Shown: positions 1 through 10,174, numbered from the stretch's first letter. The stretch is DNA of 64,000 nucleotides from Candidatus Latescibacterota bacterium (GCA_963667175.2 CAXXXF010000016.1:224001-288000); one strand, 5' to 3'. Numbers and translations are program-made. The notes: generated by a model from the sequence alone, not told the origin.

Positions 1-1098
1 TCAAACCAGCGCCACCCCATGCGCCTTCAACGATTCAGGGTTCAATTCCACCCCGAGCCCGGGGCGCCGGCCGACGCGAATACGGCCGCCGACGATTTCT
101 TCCGGCCGGAGGGTCAACTCGTTTCGCCATGGGATCTCGCCCCAGCCGTATTCCAGAATCAAGAACCCGGGGTGCGTCGCCATAACCTGCATTCCGGCGC
201 TTACGGCAACCGGTCCGAACGGCCCGTGCGGCGCCGTGGGTACGCCGAATGCCGCCGCCATCTCCGCAATCGCTTTCAGTTCTGCGATTCCCCCCACAAC
301 CGTCACGTCCGGCATGACCACGTCCATTGCCGTGTTTTCCAGGGCCTCCCTGAACCCGCCGCGCGACGTTCGCCCTTCGCCGCCGGCAGTGCGCAATCCG
401 CAACGGCTGTTCACTTCGACGACGGCACTCATGTTGTCTTCTGAAACGGGTTGCTCGTACCAGAAAAGATCCAGGTCAGAAAGTGCTTCGGCCGTCTCCA
501 GAGCGCCTTTGACCGTGAAGTGACTGTGACAGTCGACCAGCAGATCCACGTCGGGGCCGACCGCCTGGCGCACGGCGCGTACGCGGGCGATGCCCGGCCC
601 GGCCTCCGCGACGGAGTCAAGTTTTCGAGGCATCCCGTCGAACGGCGCCAACTTGACCGCATCGAAACCCTCGGCGACTGCTCCGGCGGCGAGCGATGCA
701 AACTTCCCCGGGCTTCGATCCGTCGATGCCCTGTTGATGTTGGCATACAAACGGACTTCCTCGCGGACCGGACCTCCCAGCAACGTGGAAACCGGTACGT
801 CGAGCGCCTTTCCAAGAAGGTCCCACAGCGCTTGCTCCAACGCACTGACGGCACTGACCGTATCTCTGTTGCGGGCATCTCGCGTGAATGTATCGGAAAA
901 TTTCCGGATCCGCCGTGGGTCCCGACCCCGCAACCACCCGGCCAGCTCCTTCACGGCCCGTACCCGTCCGGCGTAGTTCCTGCCGGCGCGCAATTCTCCG
1001 ATGCCCCGCAGGCCCGCGTCAGTATTGACGTATACAAACACCCAGTCGCCCAGGTGATTCACCCTGACGGCGACCAGATCGATCCCCGTAACCTTCAT
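1..1098 (-). CDS. mandelate racemase/muconate lactonizing enzyme family protein (galactonate dehydratase-like)
   Basis: 365 aa; enolase-superfamily motifs EQALWDLLGK, KLAPF, LLVDCH, WYEQP, AGGE, MPD, APH and C-terminal PGLGVE. Confidence 0.9.
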   Translation of the reverse strand: MKVTGIDLVAVRVNHLGDWVFVYVNTDAGLRGIGELRAGRNYAGRVRAVKELAGWLRGRDPRRIRKFSDTFTRDARNRDTVSAVSALEQALWDLLGKALDVPVSTLLGGPVREEVRLYANINRASTDRSPGKFASLAAGAVAEGFDAVKLAPFDGMPRKLDSVAEAGPGIARVRAVRQAVGPDVDLLVDCHSHFTVKGALETAEALSDLDLFWYEQPVSEDNMSAVVEVNSRCGLRTAGGEGRTSRGGFREALENTAMDVVMPDVTVVGGIAELKAIAEMAAAFGVPTAPHGPFGPVAVSAGMQVMATHPGFLILEYGWGEIPWRNELTLRPEEIVGGRIRVGRRPGLGVELNPESLKAHGVALV

Positions 1099-1107
1099 CC
1101 GAAAGGC

Positions 1108-2175
1108 CTATGCTCCGTAGACTTCCGCGACGCGCGATGCGATCCCGCGCCAGTCCAGTGATCTTGCGCGCGTGAACGCGGCGCGTCCCGCCTTGTCGAG
1201 GTCGCGCCCTCTGACGTCGAGCAACGCTTTTGTCAAAGCCGTGCTATCTTTCGGATCGTACAATATGCCCATCGATTCGTCGACCAGCTCCGGCAGACAT
1301 CCGATCGCCGGCACGATGACGGGTTTTCCGAACGAAAGTGCCGCGATTGCGGACCCGGACGTCAGCACCTGTGAAAACGGCAGCACGACAACGTCCGCGG
1401 CGTTCAGGTAGATCTGAAAATCTTCATTCGGAAAGAAACTGTGCGTGAAAACGAGAATGCGTTCATCCGTTTCCGCCAGAGAGACGATCCGGTCGGCGTA
1501 ACTTCCATCGAAGGCCCTTCGCGTCATGATGGCCAGCCGCGTGTCGGCCGCCGCGCATTCACGATAGACCTCGATCAGCTTTTCAATGCCCTTGTATGCC
1601 CTCGCGTTTCCGAAATAGAGATAGACAAACGCGTCCTCCGGCAGGCGCAACCGGCGCCGGGCCGCCTCGCGCGATAGTTCATTCGGAAAGACGTCGATAT
1701 AATGGCCGTGCGGGATGACGTGGAGGGGGCCTGTACGGTAGAAGCGCCTGCGCGCAAGACCGGCGCCGTAGTGGCAGTGCGCAATCATCCCGTCGGCCGT
1801 CCGCGCCACGATCAGACGCGCCAGATGATCCAGATCCGGAAACGGGCGCTCGTGTGGATACCGGTTGTGCAACGTCCACACGATCCGGTACCCCAGTTCG
1901 CTGGCATAGTGAAGATTGTCCGCGAAACGATTGAGTCGGCAGACGGATTGCGCCAGGGTGTCATCCCGGTAGAACCAGTGAAGCCAATTCAGATGCAGTA
2001 CGGAGACATCGCTTCGTGCGTCTTTCAGCCAGTCCCGCCGAAACGCGTAGTCCCCCGGTTCGAGGTGGATGTCCAGCCTGGAAAGTTCGTGAGCAAGCAG
2101 GGGCCCGTAGGGATTGCATCTGTCCTGAAGTGCCAGACCCCCGGCTGCGGCTTCCCAGAAAAAGAAAGCCCGCAT
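1108..2175 (-). CDS. glycosyltransferase family 4 protein
   Basis: WTLHNRYPHE, YFGNARAYKGIE, ADVVVLPF...TSGSAIAALSFGKPVI (GT-B fold signature). Confidence 0.88.
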   Translation of the reverse strand: MRAFFFWEAAAGGLALQDRCNPYGPLLAHELSRLDIHLEPGDYAFRRDWLKDARSDVSVLHLNWLHWFYRDDTLAQSVCRLNRFADNLHYASELGYRIVWTLHNRYPHERPFPDLDHLARLIVARTADGMIAHCHYGAGLARRRFYRTGPLHVIPHGHYIDVFPNELSREAARRRLRLPEDAFVYLYFGNARAYKGIEKLIEVYRECAAADTRLAIMTRRAFDGSYADRIVSLAETDERILVFTHSFFPNEDFQIYLNAADVVVLPFSQVLTSGSAIAALSFGKPVIVPAIGCLPELVDESMGILYDPKDSTALTKALLDVRGRDLDKAGRAAFTRARSLDWRGIASRVAEVYGA

Positions 2176-2233
2176 CGTTCAATATCCCTTGCGCTTGTCG
2201 ATCACGCTCAGCAGCGGCCGCCCGCCGGGCCGT

Positions 2234-3481
2234 TCAGAACACCTCTTCGGCGGACCTGCGAACGGCGGCCGCGAGCGCGTCGATTTTTTCTTCCGGAAAC
2301 CAGGGATTCACGGTGGTCAGGAGGAGAACCCGCTGGAGCAGATCCTCCGTGCGGGGGCACAGACCCGGGCCGTATGTAACCTCGCCGTCGTACACAGGCG
2401 ACTTCCAGGGATTCGAGTGTGGGGAAGCCGTGGCCTGGTTCCGGATGGGGGGTCCCATGTATACCGGCTTCCCACCGTATCCGAGACCGGCCGAATACCC
2501 GCGGTCCCTCATCGCCTTCGCAAACCGCGCGCATGTGTGTCGGTCTTCGAAGACGAGATCCCAGTGTACGCCGAGGTGGCCGGCTTCGTCGTTTGCCGGC
2601 CGGATATTCACCCCGGGCACGCCGGCTACCGCCTCCCGGAACCTGCGGAACTTGCCGCGCAGGGCTTCGACGACGTCATCCATTTTCTGCAGCTGCGAGA
2701 GCGCAACCGCCCCGGACATCTCGGGCATGCGGAAGTTCTCGCCCACGAACGGCTCCAGAGTCGGCTCGAATCCGGGAAATCGCGTCTTTTCCCGAAACAG
2801 CCCCTGGTCGTGGTAGCGCACGGCGCGTTCGTAGAGTTCCGCATTGTCGGACAACACCACACCGCCTTCTCCCGACGTGATAATCTTGCCGAATTGCAGG
2901 CTGAACGCGCCCAGATCGCCCCAGGTCCCTATGGCTCTTCCGTTGAACGTCGCGCCCGCGCTCTGGGAGCAATCTTCGATCACTCTCAATCCATGCCTCG
3001 CCGCGACCTCCACAATGCCATCCATCCTGCACGGCGTGCCCCACAGGTGCACCGGCAGAATCGCCTTTGTCCTCGGCGTGATTCTTTCTTCGATGGCATC
3101 CGGGTCCAGTGTCATCGACCGGTCGACTTCGGCAAAGATCGGCACGCCCCCAAGGAGGACGACGGCCCCCGGCGTGGCGACAAAGGTGACCGGCGGCATG
3201 ATGACCTCGTCACCGGGACCGACGCCCGCGGCAACCAGGGCGACCTTGATTGCGGCAGTCCCGGACGTGACCGCCAGGGCGTACGCCGAATCCATCTTCC
3301 GGGCAAAGCCCTGCTCGAAACGCGCGACCATATCCAGACGGTCGGGCCCGTAGTCCCTCGAAAGCGATCGACTCTTTATGACTGCCAGAACTTCCTGCAC
3401 CTCCTCGTCGTCGAGTACGGACGCCCCGGCGTGGAGGCTCCGGACCGGACTGTCCGGAGGTAATGCCCTTCGATTTGCCAT
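2234..3481 (-). CDS. DegT/DnrJ/EryC1/StrS family PLP-dependent aminotransferase
   Basis: TSGTAA, GPGDEVI, VHLWG, IEDCSQS, FSLQFGKIITSGEGG (PLP lysine). Confidence 0.93.
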   Translation of the reverse strand: MANRRALPPDSPVRSLHAGASVLDDEEVQEVLAVIKSRSLSRDYGPDRLDMVARFEQGFARKMDSAYALAVTSGTAAIKVALVAAGVGPGDEVIMPPVTFVATPGAVVLLGGVPIFAEVDRSMTLDPDAIEERITPRTKAILPVHLWGTPCRMDGIVEVAARHGLRVIEDCSQSAGATFNGRAIGTWGDLGAFSLQFGKIITSGEGGVVLSDNAELYERAVRYHDQGLFREKTRFPGFEPTLEPFVGENFRMPEMSGAVALSQLQKMDDVVEALRGKFRRFREAVAGVPGVNIRPANDEAGHLGVHWDLVFEDRHTCARFAKAMRDRGYSAGLGYGGKPVYMGPPIRNQATASPHSNPWKSPVYDGEVTYGPGLCPRTEDLLQRVLLLTTVNPWFPEEKIDALAAAVRRSAEEVF

Positions 3482-3569
3482 CCCGATTTCTCCCTTGCGT
3501 CAGGCCGGCCAGGCAGGCTTCAGAAAATCCCCGGTTTATCGAATCCGATCCGGAAGCGCGTGAATAAGG

Positions 3570-4235
3570 CTAGCGCGTACGGGCGGGACCCGCCGTCACG
3601 ACGGAAACCGCGAGCCACCCTCCTACCGGAATGATATTCGAAACCAGCCGCGGATGTTCCGCCACACGCCTGTTGTATTCCTGGATCCCTCGCCTGCCGT
3701 CGCCGGGTTCCAGCGCTTCGTGTGCGTGGCCGTGACCATTGGCGTTGTCGGCCACGATCAGGCCGCCGACCCTCGTATTCTCCAGCGCAAAGTCCAGATA
3801 CGCCGGATAGTTTTCCTTGTCGGCATCGATAAAAACAAGATCGAACGGTCCGTCCCCGACAAGCTCTTCCATCCGTTCCACGCCTTTTCCGGTGCGAACT
3901 TCCGTCCGGTCCGTCAATCCCGCGGCGTCGAGATTCGCGCGGGTCACGTCGGCGTGCTTCGGGTCCACCTCGACGGAGACGAAGCGCCCGTCGTCCGGCA
4001 GCGCGCGCGCCAGCCAGATCCCGGAATAGCCGGCAAGGGCGCCGAATTCCAGGATTTTCTTCGCGCCGATGGCTTTCGCCAGGAGATAGAGCGTCTTGCC
4101 CGATTCCGGACTGATTGAGATTGACGGAAGCCCCTGCCTTACCGCACGGGGCATGACGCCTCTCAACACGTCGTCTTCCCGCGCGAAGACTTCACGCCGA
4201 TAGGTCTCCAGGTCCGGATAGGTCGATTCCGCCAT
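3570..4235 (-). CDS. O-methyltransferase (caffeoyl-CoA OMT-like, Methyltransf_3)
   Basis: ILEFGALAGYSGIWLA, FDLVFIDADKENY, GGLIVADN. Confidence 0.92.
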   Translation of the reverse strand: MAESTYPDLETYRREVFAREDDVLRGVMPRAVRQGLPSISISPESGKTLYLLAKAIGAKKILEFGALAGYSGIWLARALPDDGRFVSVEVDPKHADVTRANLDAAGLTDRTEVRTGKGVERMEELVGDGPFDLVFIDADKENYPAYLDFALENTRVGGLIVADNANGHGHAHEALEPGDGRRGIQEYNRRVAEHPRLVSNIIPVGGWLAVSVVTAGPARTR

Positions 4236-4255
4236 CTGGCATTCCCCGGATTTAA

Positions 4256-4579
4256 GAGTCCGTTGAAAAAGTCGCTCTGCAGGCGAGGCATGGTGTCCCG
4301 TCCCGGAAATATGTCACCATTCATCCGCCGATTCATCCCGTCTGGCGGCGTTGCCTTCGCTCGGTGACCTTGCGCAGGTCGCCTCGCTCAAGCGCCTTGC
4401 CAGCCAGGCGACTCGACGGTCGAATTTCAGCGATCTATTTCCGGGACAGAACACTTGTCATTGTGGCCGATGACAAGGCGCGCGACCAACGCGAATCCCT
4501 GGATTCGGGGAGGGAGCGCAACGACGTAATTCGGTCACAAGAGCCGGTCGCAGCCCGGATGGACTTTACCAACGGGCTG
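4256..4579. mobile_element. MITE-like element, copy A (outer), carrying a nested element
   Basis: Ends GAGTCCGTTGAAAAA...TTTACCAACGGGCTG form imperfect terminal inverted repeats; the body aligns with the reverse complement of 28778-28984; non-coding. Confidence 0.8.
4293..4454. mobile_element. nested MITE-like element inside copy A
   Basis: Terminal inverted repeats GTGTCCCGTCCCGGAAAT / ATTTCCGGGACAGAACAC (16/18 match); the segment is absent at the equivalent position of copy B; internal hairpin. Confidence 0.75.
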
Positions 4580-4590
4580 CGAACGCGCCA

Positions 4591-5598
4591 TCACAGAGAA
4601 TTGACCTCCGCCCTTCTCATGAAAGCGCCAAAATCAACAACGCACCCTTCATCCGACGCCGCGCCGAGTCCCTCCACCAGGCCCACGGTCGGCAGATTCC
4701 GGTGTCCACCGAAATCCGGCTCGGCGCCTTCGGACACGTACTGGTGGAACCCGTCCAGCAGGACCTCTTCCGGCGGCGGGGCCTGGTCCAGAGGAATGAC
4801 TTCGTCTTCGTCCGACCCCGGGGCGCGCAGGAGCAATCCGCTGTCCGTCAGTTCGAGTGCGCCGCCGTCCAATTCCAACCTCAGGGCCGATCCTCCCTTG
4901 TGCGCCGCAAACGTACAGAGGTAACCGCATGTGGCCCCGCCCTCGAATTCGACCCACGCGTGGACGCCTGCGCCGCCCTTATATGGACTCCACGGCGGAT
5001 TGAAGCTGTGCCCCCACATACGTACGGGATCCGCGTCGAACAGGAAACGGAGGGTGTCGAGATCGTGAATGCCTCGCTCCCAGAGGTACGCGTGTTCATC
5101 TTCACCCGAATGGTGAACGCGGGGTCTCCAGCTGTACTTGGTCATCAGGCCGAACACCGGACGTCCGTATTTACCCTCCTTTACAAGACGGTTGATCGTG
5201 ACGTGTGCAGCCGCGAATCTCGCATTCTGGCAGACGGCCACCCGAACGCCCACGTCGTCGGCTTCCCGGACCACCCGGCACGCGTCAACCAGGCTTTTCG
5301 TGAACGGCTTTTCGACGAGAACGTGTTTTCCCGCCCGGACCGCCTGCAGGCACTGTTCGGCGTGCAGCTGCGGAGGGGTAATAACAACCACGGCGTCGGC
5401 TTCGACGCTTTCCATCGCTTCTTCCAGAGACCGGTAACACGCGGCATCCGGCAACCCCGATTCCTCGCGGGCCGACCTCAGATTGTCTTCGTTCACGTCG
5501 ACGAGCGCCACGCTTTCGTAATCGGTTCGTTCCATCACGCGACGAACCGGCCATCTCCCCCTGCCCCCGACACCCAGGTGAATAAGACGTATTGCCAT
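4591..5598 (-). CDS. Gfo/Idh/MocA family oxidoreductase
   Basis: Rossmann GVGGRG, ITPPQLH, GKHVLVEKP, GIHDLD. Confidence 0.92.
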   Translation of the reverse strand: MAIRLIHLGVGGRGRWPVRRVMERTDYESVALVDVNEDNLRSAREESGLPDAACYRSLEEAMESVEADAVVVITPPQLHAEQCLQAVRAGKHVLVEKPFTKSLVDACRVVREADDVGVRVAVCQNARFAAAHVTINRLVKEGKYGRPVFGLMTKYSWRPRVHHSGEDEHAYLWERGIHDLDTLRFLFDADPVRMWGHSFNPPWSPYKGGAGVHAWVEFEGGATCGYLCTFAAHKGGSALRLELDGGALELTDSGLLLRAPGSDEDEVIPLDQAPPPEEVLLDGFHQYVSEGAEPDFGGHRNLPTVGLVEGLGAASDEGCVVDFGAFMRRAEVNSL

Positions 5599-5737
5599 TC
5601 CGCCTCCCCGGAGGTTTGATTCGACGGCTTACCCCGATGAATCTTCCGTTTCAGCACAATATAAGAAAACAGCCGGCACGCCGCACAACATTCCTTCGCC
5701 CCGTCTTCGCACTGACGTCAACGGACTGTTAATCCGG

Positions 5738-5767
5738 TTGACATCGACGTCCGAATGCGCTAATAAT
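5738..5767 (+). promoter_or_regulatory. sigma70-type promoter for pap
   Basis: TTGACA (5738-5743), 17 bp, TAATAAT. Confidence 0.6.
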
Positions 5768-5782
5768 GGGCAGGGAACCTCG

Positions 5783-5848
5783 TGTCCTGTGCCCAAGACC
5801 CTCACCACTCAACCGACGATTCAGGCAACTTGATTCGGGGACAGAACA
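5783..5848. mobile_element. 66-bp miniature relative of the nested MITE in the pap leader
   Basis: TGTCCTGT...GGGACAGAACA ends match the ends of 4293-4454; flanked by a CTCG direct repeat (5779-5782 and 5849-5852). Confidence 0.55.
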
Positions 5849-5894
5849 CTCGGGCTTTTCACCTGTGCAGACTCGGACGGAGGAAGGAACACGA

Positions 5895-7382
5895 ATGCTG
5901 GAAACCGTCGATCTTACACGTAGGCTGAAAAAATCCAGGTATAAGGAACTCATTCCGGCTCTCGAACTGAAACTGGGCGATCTTCAGCGAAACGCCAGAG
6001 AGTGGAAGATCCCGATCGTGATCGTCTTCGAGGGCCTGGAGGCATCGGGCAAGGGAACCCAAACGAACAAGCTTCTGCTTGCGCTCGACCCCCGGGGCTT
6101 CAGCGTGTACCCGACCCATCCGGCCAACGAGGAAGAACGCAGAAAGCCCTTCCTCTGGCGTTTCTGGACGAAGATACCGGAGGGAGGGAGAATCGCGATT
6201 TTCGACCGGTCCTGGTACGGACGCTTTATGGTGGAGCGAATGGACAAGACCATCACCGAACGGGACTGGATGCGGGCCTACGGCGAAATCAGATCTTTCG
6301 AGAAACAGCTCGTCGACGCGGGCGCTGTCATCGTCAAAATCTTCCTGCACATTTCCCAGGCCGAACAAAGGAAACGGTTCATGAAGCTTCAGAGCAGTCC
6401 CTCGACCGCCTGGCGAATCACGGACTATGACTGGCAGAAGCACGAGAACTACCCCGAATGCCTGTCGGTGGCCTCGGAAATGCTGAAAAAAACCCATTCG
6501 GAGTTTGCGCCCTGGACCGCGGTGGCGGCTGAGGAGTGGCGATCGGCGAATATCAAGATCTTCAAAACCGTGATTAACGCCGTTGACGGCAGAATCCGTC
6601 AACTGGAAAATGGCGACCCCGCCACGCGACCAAAGCCTCAGAAACTTGAAAAAACTCCGTCGGGCTTGCTGGACAAGGTGGATCTCTCGAAATCCATGAA
6701 AAAGTCCGACTACCGAAAAGCCCTGAAAAAGTACCAGGTCCGCATCAAGAACCTGGAACACGAGGTCCATCGCCGCCGCATCCCGGTTGTGCTCGTCTAC
6801 GAAGGTTGGGACGCGGCGGGTAAAGGCGGAAACATCAAACGCCTCGTGCAGAATATGGACCCCAGAGGATATGAAGTCATTCCCGTTTCGGCGCCCAATG
6901 ACACCGAGATGGAACACCACTATCTCTGGCGATTCTGGAACCGCATGCCCAAGACCGGGCACATCACCATCTTTGACCGCTCCTGGTACGGAAGGGTCCT
7001 GGTTGAACGAATCGAGGGATTCTGTTCGGAATCGGAGTGGAAACGCGCCTACAGGGAAATCAACGAAATGGAAGAACACCTGACGAACTTTGGCGCCGTT
7101 ATCCTCAAATTCTGGATGCACGTGGACAAAGACGAACAGCTCAACCGGTTCACGGATCGAAAAAAGCATCCCCACAAGCGGTGGAAGCTGGGTGACGAGG
7201 ACTGGAGAAACCGGGAGAAGTGGGATGAATACGAGGAAGCGGTGGAGGAAATGATCCATCGCACGAGCACACCCAACGCTCCCTGGGTGATTGTCGAATC
7301 CAACTCGAAGTATTACGCCAGAATCAAGGCGTTGAAAACCGTTACCCGAAAACTGGAGTCGCGCCTCGGCATCCGGCATTGA
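5895..7382 (+). CDS. pap: polyphosphate:AMP phosphotransferase (two-domain PPK2)
   Basis: Two PPK2 domains (FEGLEASGKG...FDRSWY; YEGWDAAGKGG...FDRSWYGRVLVER); start moved to ATG 5895 after GGAGGAAGGA. Confidence 0.93.
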   Translation: MLETVDLTRRLKKSRYKELIPALELKLGDLQRNAREWKIPIVIVFEGLEASGKGTQTNKLLLALDPRGFSVYPTHPANEEERRKPFLWRFWTKIPEGGRIAIFDRSWYGRFMVERMDKTITERDWMRAYGEIRSFEKQLVDAGAVIVKIFLHISQAEQRKRFMKLQSSPSTAWRITDYDWQKHENYPECLSVASEMLKKTHSEFAPWTAVAAEEWRSANIKIFKTVINAVDGRIRQLENGDPATRPKPQKLEKTPSGLLDKVDLSKSMKKSDYRKALKKYQVRIKNLEHEVHRRRIPVVLVYEGWDAAGKGGNIKRLVQNMDPRGYEVIPVSAPNDTEMEHHYLWRFWNRMPKTGHITIFDRSWYGRVLVERIEGFCSESEWKRAYREINEMEEHLTNFGAVILKFWMHVDKDEQLNRFTDRKKHPHKRWKLGDEDWRNREKWDEYEEAVEEMIHRTSTPNAPWVIVESNSKYYARIKALKTVTRKLESRLGIRH

Positions 7383-7415
7383 ATCCTGGTTCTGTCGCGC
7401 GAGAGGAGAGTTGCG

Positions 7416-8669
7416 ATGCAAGTCAAGGACATTGACGTCACGTTCCTGGAGGTGCCCTTCACGCCGCACAGCAACGAACACCTCCAATATTGGCTGCCCC
7501 AGTGGCGCATCATCCAGATATGCAGGCTCACGATGGACAACGGTGTTTCGGGGTTCGGCGAAACCGTTCACAACTATACGTGGGCGCAGGTGCCGGAACG
7601 GATCGAGCGCCGGATTCGAAAACGGCCCGCCGCGGAGTTGATGTGGGACGACAGTCTCGGCGCCGGCGTGCAGATGGCGTTGTTCGACGCGGTTGGAAAG
7701 AGCCTTGGTGTGCCCGCCTACCGTTTGCTCGGCTCAAAGGTCCGGGACTGGTGCCCGATCTCGTGGTGGCACATGGACATGCCGCCCGAGGACTGGGCTG
7801 AAGAATGCCGCCAGGCCGTGAACGCCGGATACATGAGCGCCAAATTGAAAGCCCGTCCATGGTTCGATCTGCACGCATCCGTGAGAGCCGTACAGGAAGT
7901 AACACCGGACGGGTTCCATCTCGACTTCGACTACAACGGTACACTGGGCAATTCCGCAAACGCCGTGCCTCACTTGAAGGAACTCGAGGCCTACCCCGAA
8001 ATTGCCATGGTGGAAACCCCGATTCCACAGAACGACGTGGCCGGCAACCGCCAGATCCGCGCGCGTTTCAATCGGCCTCTCGCCATGCACTACGGTAGCC
8101 CGCCCGCGATCACCGCGCTGAAGGAGGACGTGACGGACGGCTTCGTGTTGTGCGCGGGCGCGTCGCGGCTGTTGAGGCAGGCCGCCGTATGCGACGAAGC
8201 CAACAAGCCCTTCTGGCTGCAGCTTGTCGGAACGGGCATAACCACGGCGTGGGCGGCGCACCTGGGCGCCGTTCTTCCGCAGGCGCGGTGGCCGGCCATC
8301 ACGTGCATGAACATCTGGGAACACCCGTTGATCGACGCGCCTCACACTGTGCGCGGCGGATTCTACAGAGTGCCTGAAGCGCCGGGACTGGGCGTCAACG
8401 TTGACGACGATGCATTGACTCGATACGCGGTTTCTCACGCCTGGTTAGATCCCCCGCGTCATCTCTACCGATACGCCCGTGGCAATGGCGAAATGACGTA
8501 CTATGCCTGCAACCGGCAGGATCTTCACCGGGTTTACGTGGAAGACGCGCAGCCGATATCCGAACCCGGCTCGATCCTGGAGATCGTTCCAGACAACGGA
8601 AGCGAGGCCTTTCGGCGCCGGTATGAGGCCGCCTCACGCAATCCGGTCAGAGAACGCGCCACGCCCTGA
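7416..8669 (+). CDS. enolase-superfamily (MR/MLE) protein
   Basis: GFGE, MALFDAVGK, KLKARPW, DFDYN, ETP, PGLGV; RBS GAGGAG. Confidence 0.85.
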   Translation: MQVKDIDVTFLEVPFTPHSNEHLQYWLPQWRIIQICRLTMDNGVSGFGETVHNYTWAQVPERIERRIRKRPAAELMWDDSLGAGVQMALFDAVGKSLGVPAYRLLGSKVRDWCPISWWHMDMPPEDWAEECRQAVNAGYMSAKLKARPWFDLHASVRAVQEVTPDGFHLDFDYNGTLGNSANAVPHLKELEAYPEIAMVETPIPQNDVAGNRQIRARFNRPLAMHYGSPPAITALKEDVTDGFVLCAGASRLLRQAAVCDEANKPFWLQLVGTGITTAWAAHLGAVLPQARWPAITCMNIWEHPLIDAPHTVRGGFYRVPEAPGLGVNVDDDALTRYAVSHAWLDPPRHLYRYARGNGEMTYYACNRQDLHRVYVEDAQPISEPGSILEIVPDNGSEAFRRRYEAASRNPVRERATP

Positions 8670-8696
8670 CGATTCTGCTCTCACGTCCACCTTAAT

Positions 8697-8735
8697 GATC
8701 AAGAGGGGCTTCCTTCAAGGAAGCCCCTCTTGATC
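8697..8735. terminator. perfect hairpin between convergent genes, likely bidirectional terminator
   Basis: GATCAAGAGGGGCTTCCTT-C-AAGGAAGCCCCTCTTGATC, 19-bp arms. Confidence 0.7.
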
Positions 8736-8755
8736 CCACACCGGTCCGCGCCGGA

Positions 8756-10063
8756 TCAGCTGACAAAGGCGTCGTATATGGCTCGCACGGCCCGCTTGTA
8801 GTCGCCCTCTTCCACGCCGACGATGATGTTGATTTCAGACGCGCCCTGGTCGATCACACGGACGTTGACACTTGCGTTTGCAAGCGCGCTGAACAAACGG
8901 GCAGCAATACCGATGCGGTGCGACATGCCTTCACCAACGGTTGCGATGAGCGCCAATCCCGGCAACAGTTCCACTCGGTCGGGCTGCAGGATCCGTCGAA
9001 TGTCGTCGACGAGTCTTTCGCCTTTTTCGCCCAGTTGATCATCACGCATGATGACCGACATCGTATCGATGCCGGACGGCGTGTGCTCGTAACTGATGTC
9101 GTGCGACGCCACCACCTCCAGCACCTGCCGGCCAAAGCCTTTCTGCTGGTTCATCATTGCCTTTTCGATAAACAACATCGTAAATGCCGGCTGTCCGGCG
9201 ACACCGGCGATGAGTTCGTCGGTCAGTTCCCTGCGAGCGAGTATGCGAGTCCCCGGATCCTGAGGTCTGTTCGTATTGCGAATGTGGACGGGAATCCCGG
9301 CCGAGCGTACAGGAAACATGGCCTCGTCGTGGAAGACCGACGCCCCCATATACGCCAGTTCCCTGACCTCGCGGTACGTGATTTCACGTACCGGTCGCGC
9401 ATTCGTTACCAGGCCGGGGTCGGCCATCAGCAACCCGGACACGTCGGTCCAGTTCTCGTAGACCTCGGCGTCGACGGCCCGCGCCACGATTGCGCCGGTG
9501 ATATCGGAACCACCCCGGGAGAACGTCTTTACCGCACCGCCCGGATCGATGCCGTAGAACCCGGGCACGACGAATATCCCGTCGCTGTCGACCCGCTCCG
9601 CGAGATGGCTGTAGCTGGCGGGGTCCAGTTCACCTCCTGGACGAAAACGGATGGCTTCCGCGGCGTCAATGAAGGTTGCGTCCAGATAATCGGCCATGAC
9701 CCGACCGCAAAGATACTCGCCCCTCGAAGCGACAAAATCCCGGGATGCTCCTTGCTCGATATCCGTTCCCAAACCGTCGAGCAGCCGGCCCATATCGAGC
9801 CGGACTCCCAGTTTTGCCGCCAGTTCTTCATATCGGGAGCGCACCATTGCATAGGGCTCGGAAAAATCGAGATTCCGTCTGGCCAGTTCGTGGCACAGGT
9901 AGAGCGCGTCGGTGATCTTTGTATCCGTGTCGTCACGCTTGCCCGGCGCTGACGGGACAATAAGGCGCCGGCGCGAATCGGAATTGATGATGTGCTTAAC
10001 CTGTGCGACCTGCCGGTCATCGGCCAGGGAACTCCCGCCGAATTTACACACGACTGTTCCCAT
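8756..10063 (-). CDS. lysC: aspartate kinase
   Basis: KFGGSS, PSAPGKR, SRGE, TFSRGGSDITG, YENWTDVSG, two ACT domains; start ATG 10063 after GGAGGTGG. Confidence 0.92.
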   Translation of the reverse strand: MGTVVCKFGGSSLADDRQVAQVKHIINSDSRRRLIVPSAPGKRDDTDTKITDALYLCHELARRNLDFSEPYAMVRSRYEELAAKLGVRLDMGRLLDGLGTDIEQGASRDFVASRGEYLCGRVMADYLDATFIDAAEAIRFRPGGELDPASYSHLAERVDSDGIFVVPGFYGIDPGGAVKTFSRGGSDITGAIVARAVDAEVYENWTDVSGLLMADPGLVTNARPVREITYREVRELAYMGASVFHDEAMFPVRSAGIPVHIRNTNRPQDPGTRILARRELTDELIAGVAGQPAFTMLFIEKAMMNQQKGFGRQVLEVVASHDISYEHTPSGIDTMSVIMRDDQLGEKGERLVDDIRRILQPDRVELLPGLALIATVGEGMSHRIGIAARLFSALANASVNVRVIDQGASEINIIVGVEEGDYKRAVRAIYDAFVS

Positions 10064-10174
10064 TCCGGTGATTCCACCTCCGTTACACGCCCGTTCCGAA
10101 TCCGGCATTTTGCGTTGCCGGGCCGGTGGCGGGCGTCCGCGTCTTCCGATTGATTCGTGCCGACGCCGCGTGCG

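Noticed and set aside
1-5598. Possible aminosugar/aminoglycoside biosynthetic cluster (aminotransferase, glycosyltransferase, O-methyltransferase, dehydrogenase)
   Set aside because: No scaffold-forming enzyme, transporter or resistance gene; these are common, widely scattered enzyme families.
5859-7571. Long antisense ORFs (570 aa here; also 2189-3463, 13106-14554, 32753-34153, 36662-37909, 56008-57231, 60282-61736)
   Set aside because: They overlap recognisable genes on the opposite strand or in another frame and have no motifs; such shadow ORFs are expected in GC-rich coding DNA.
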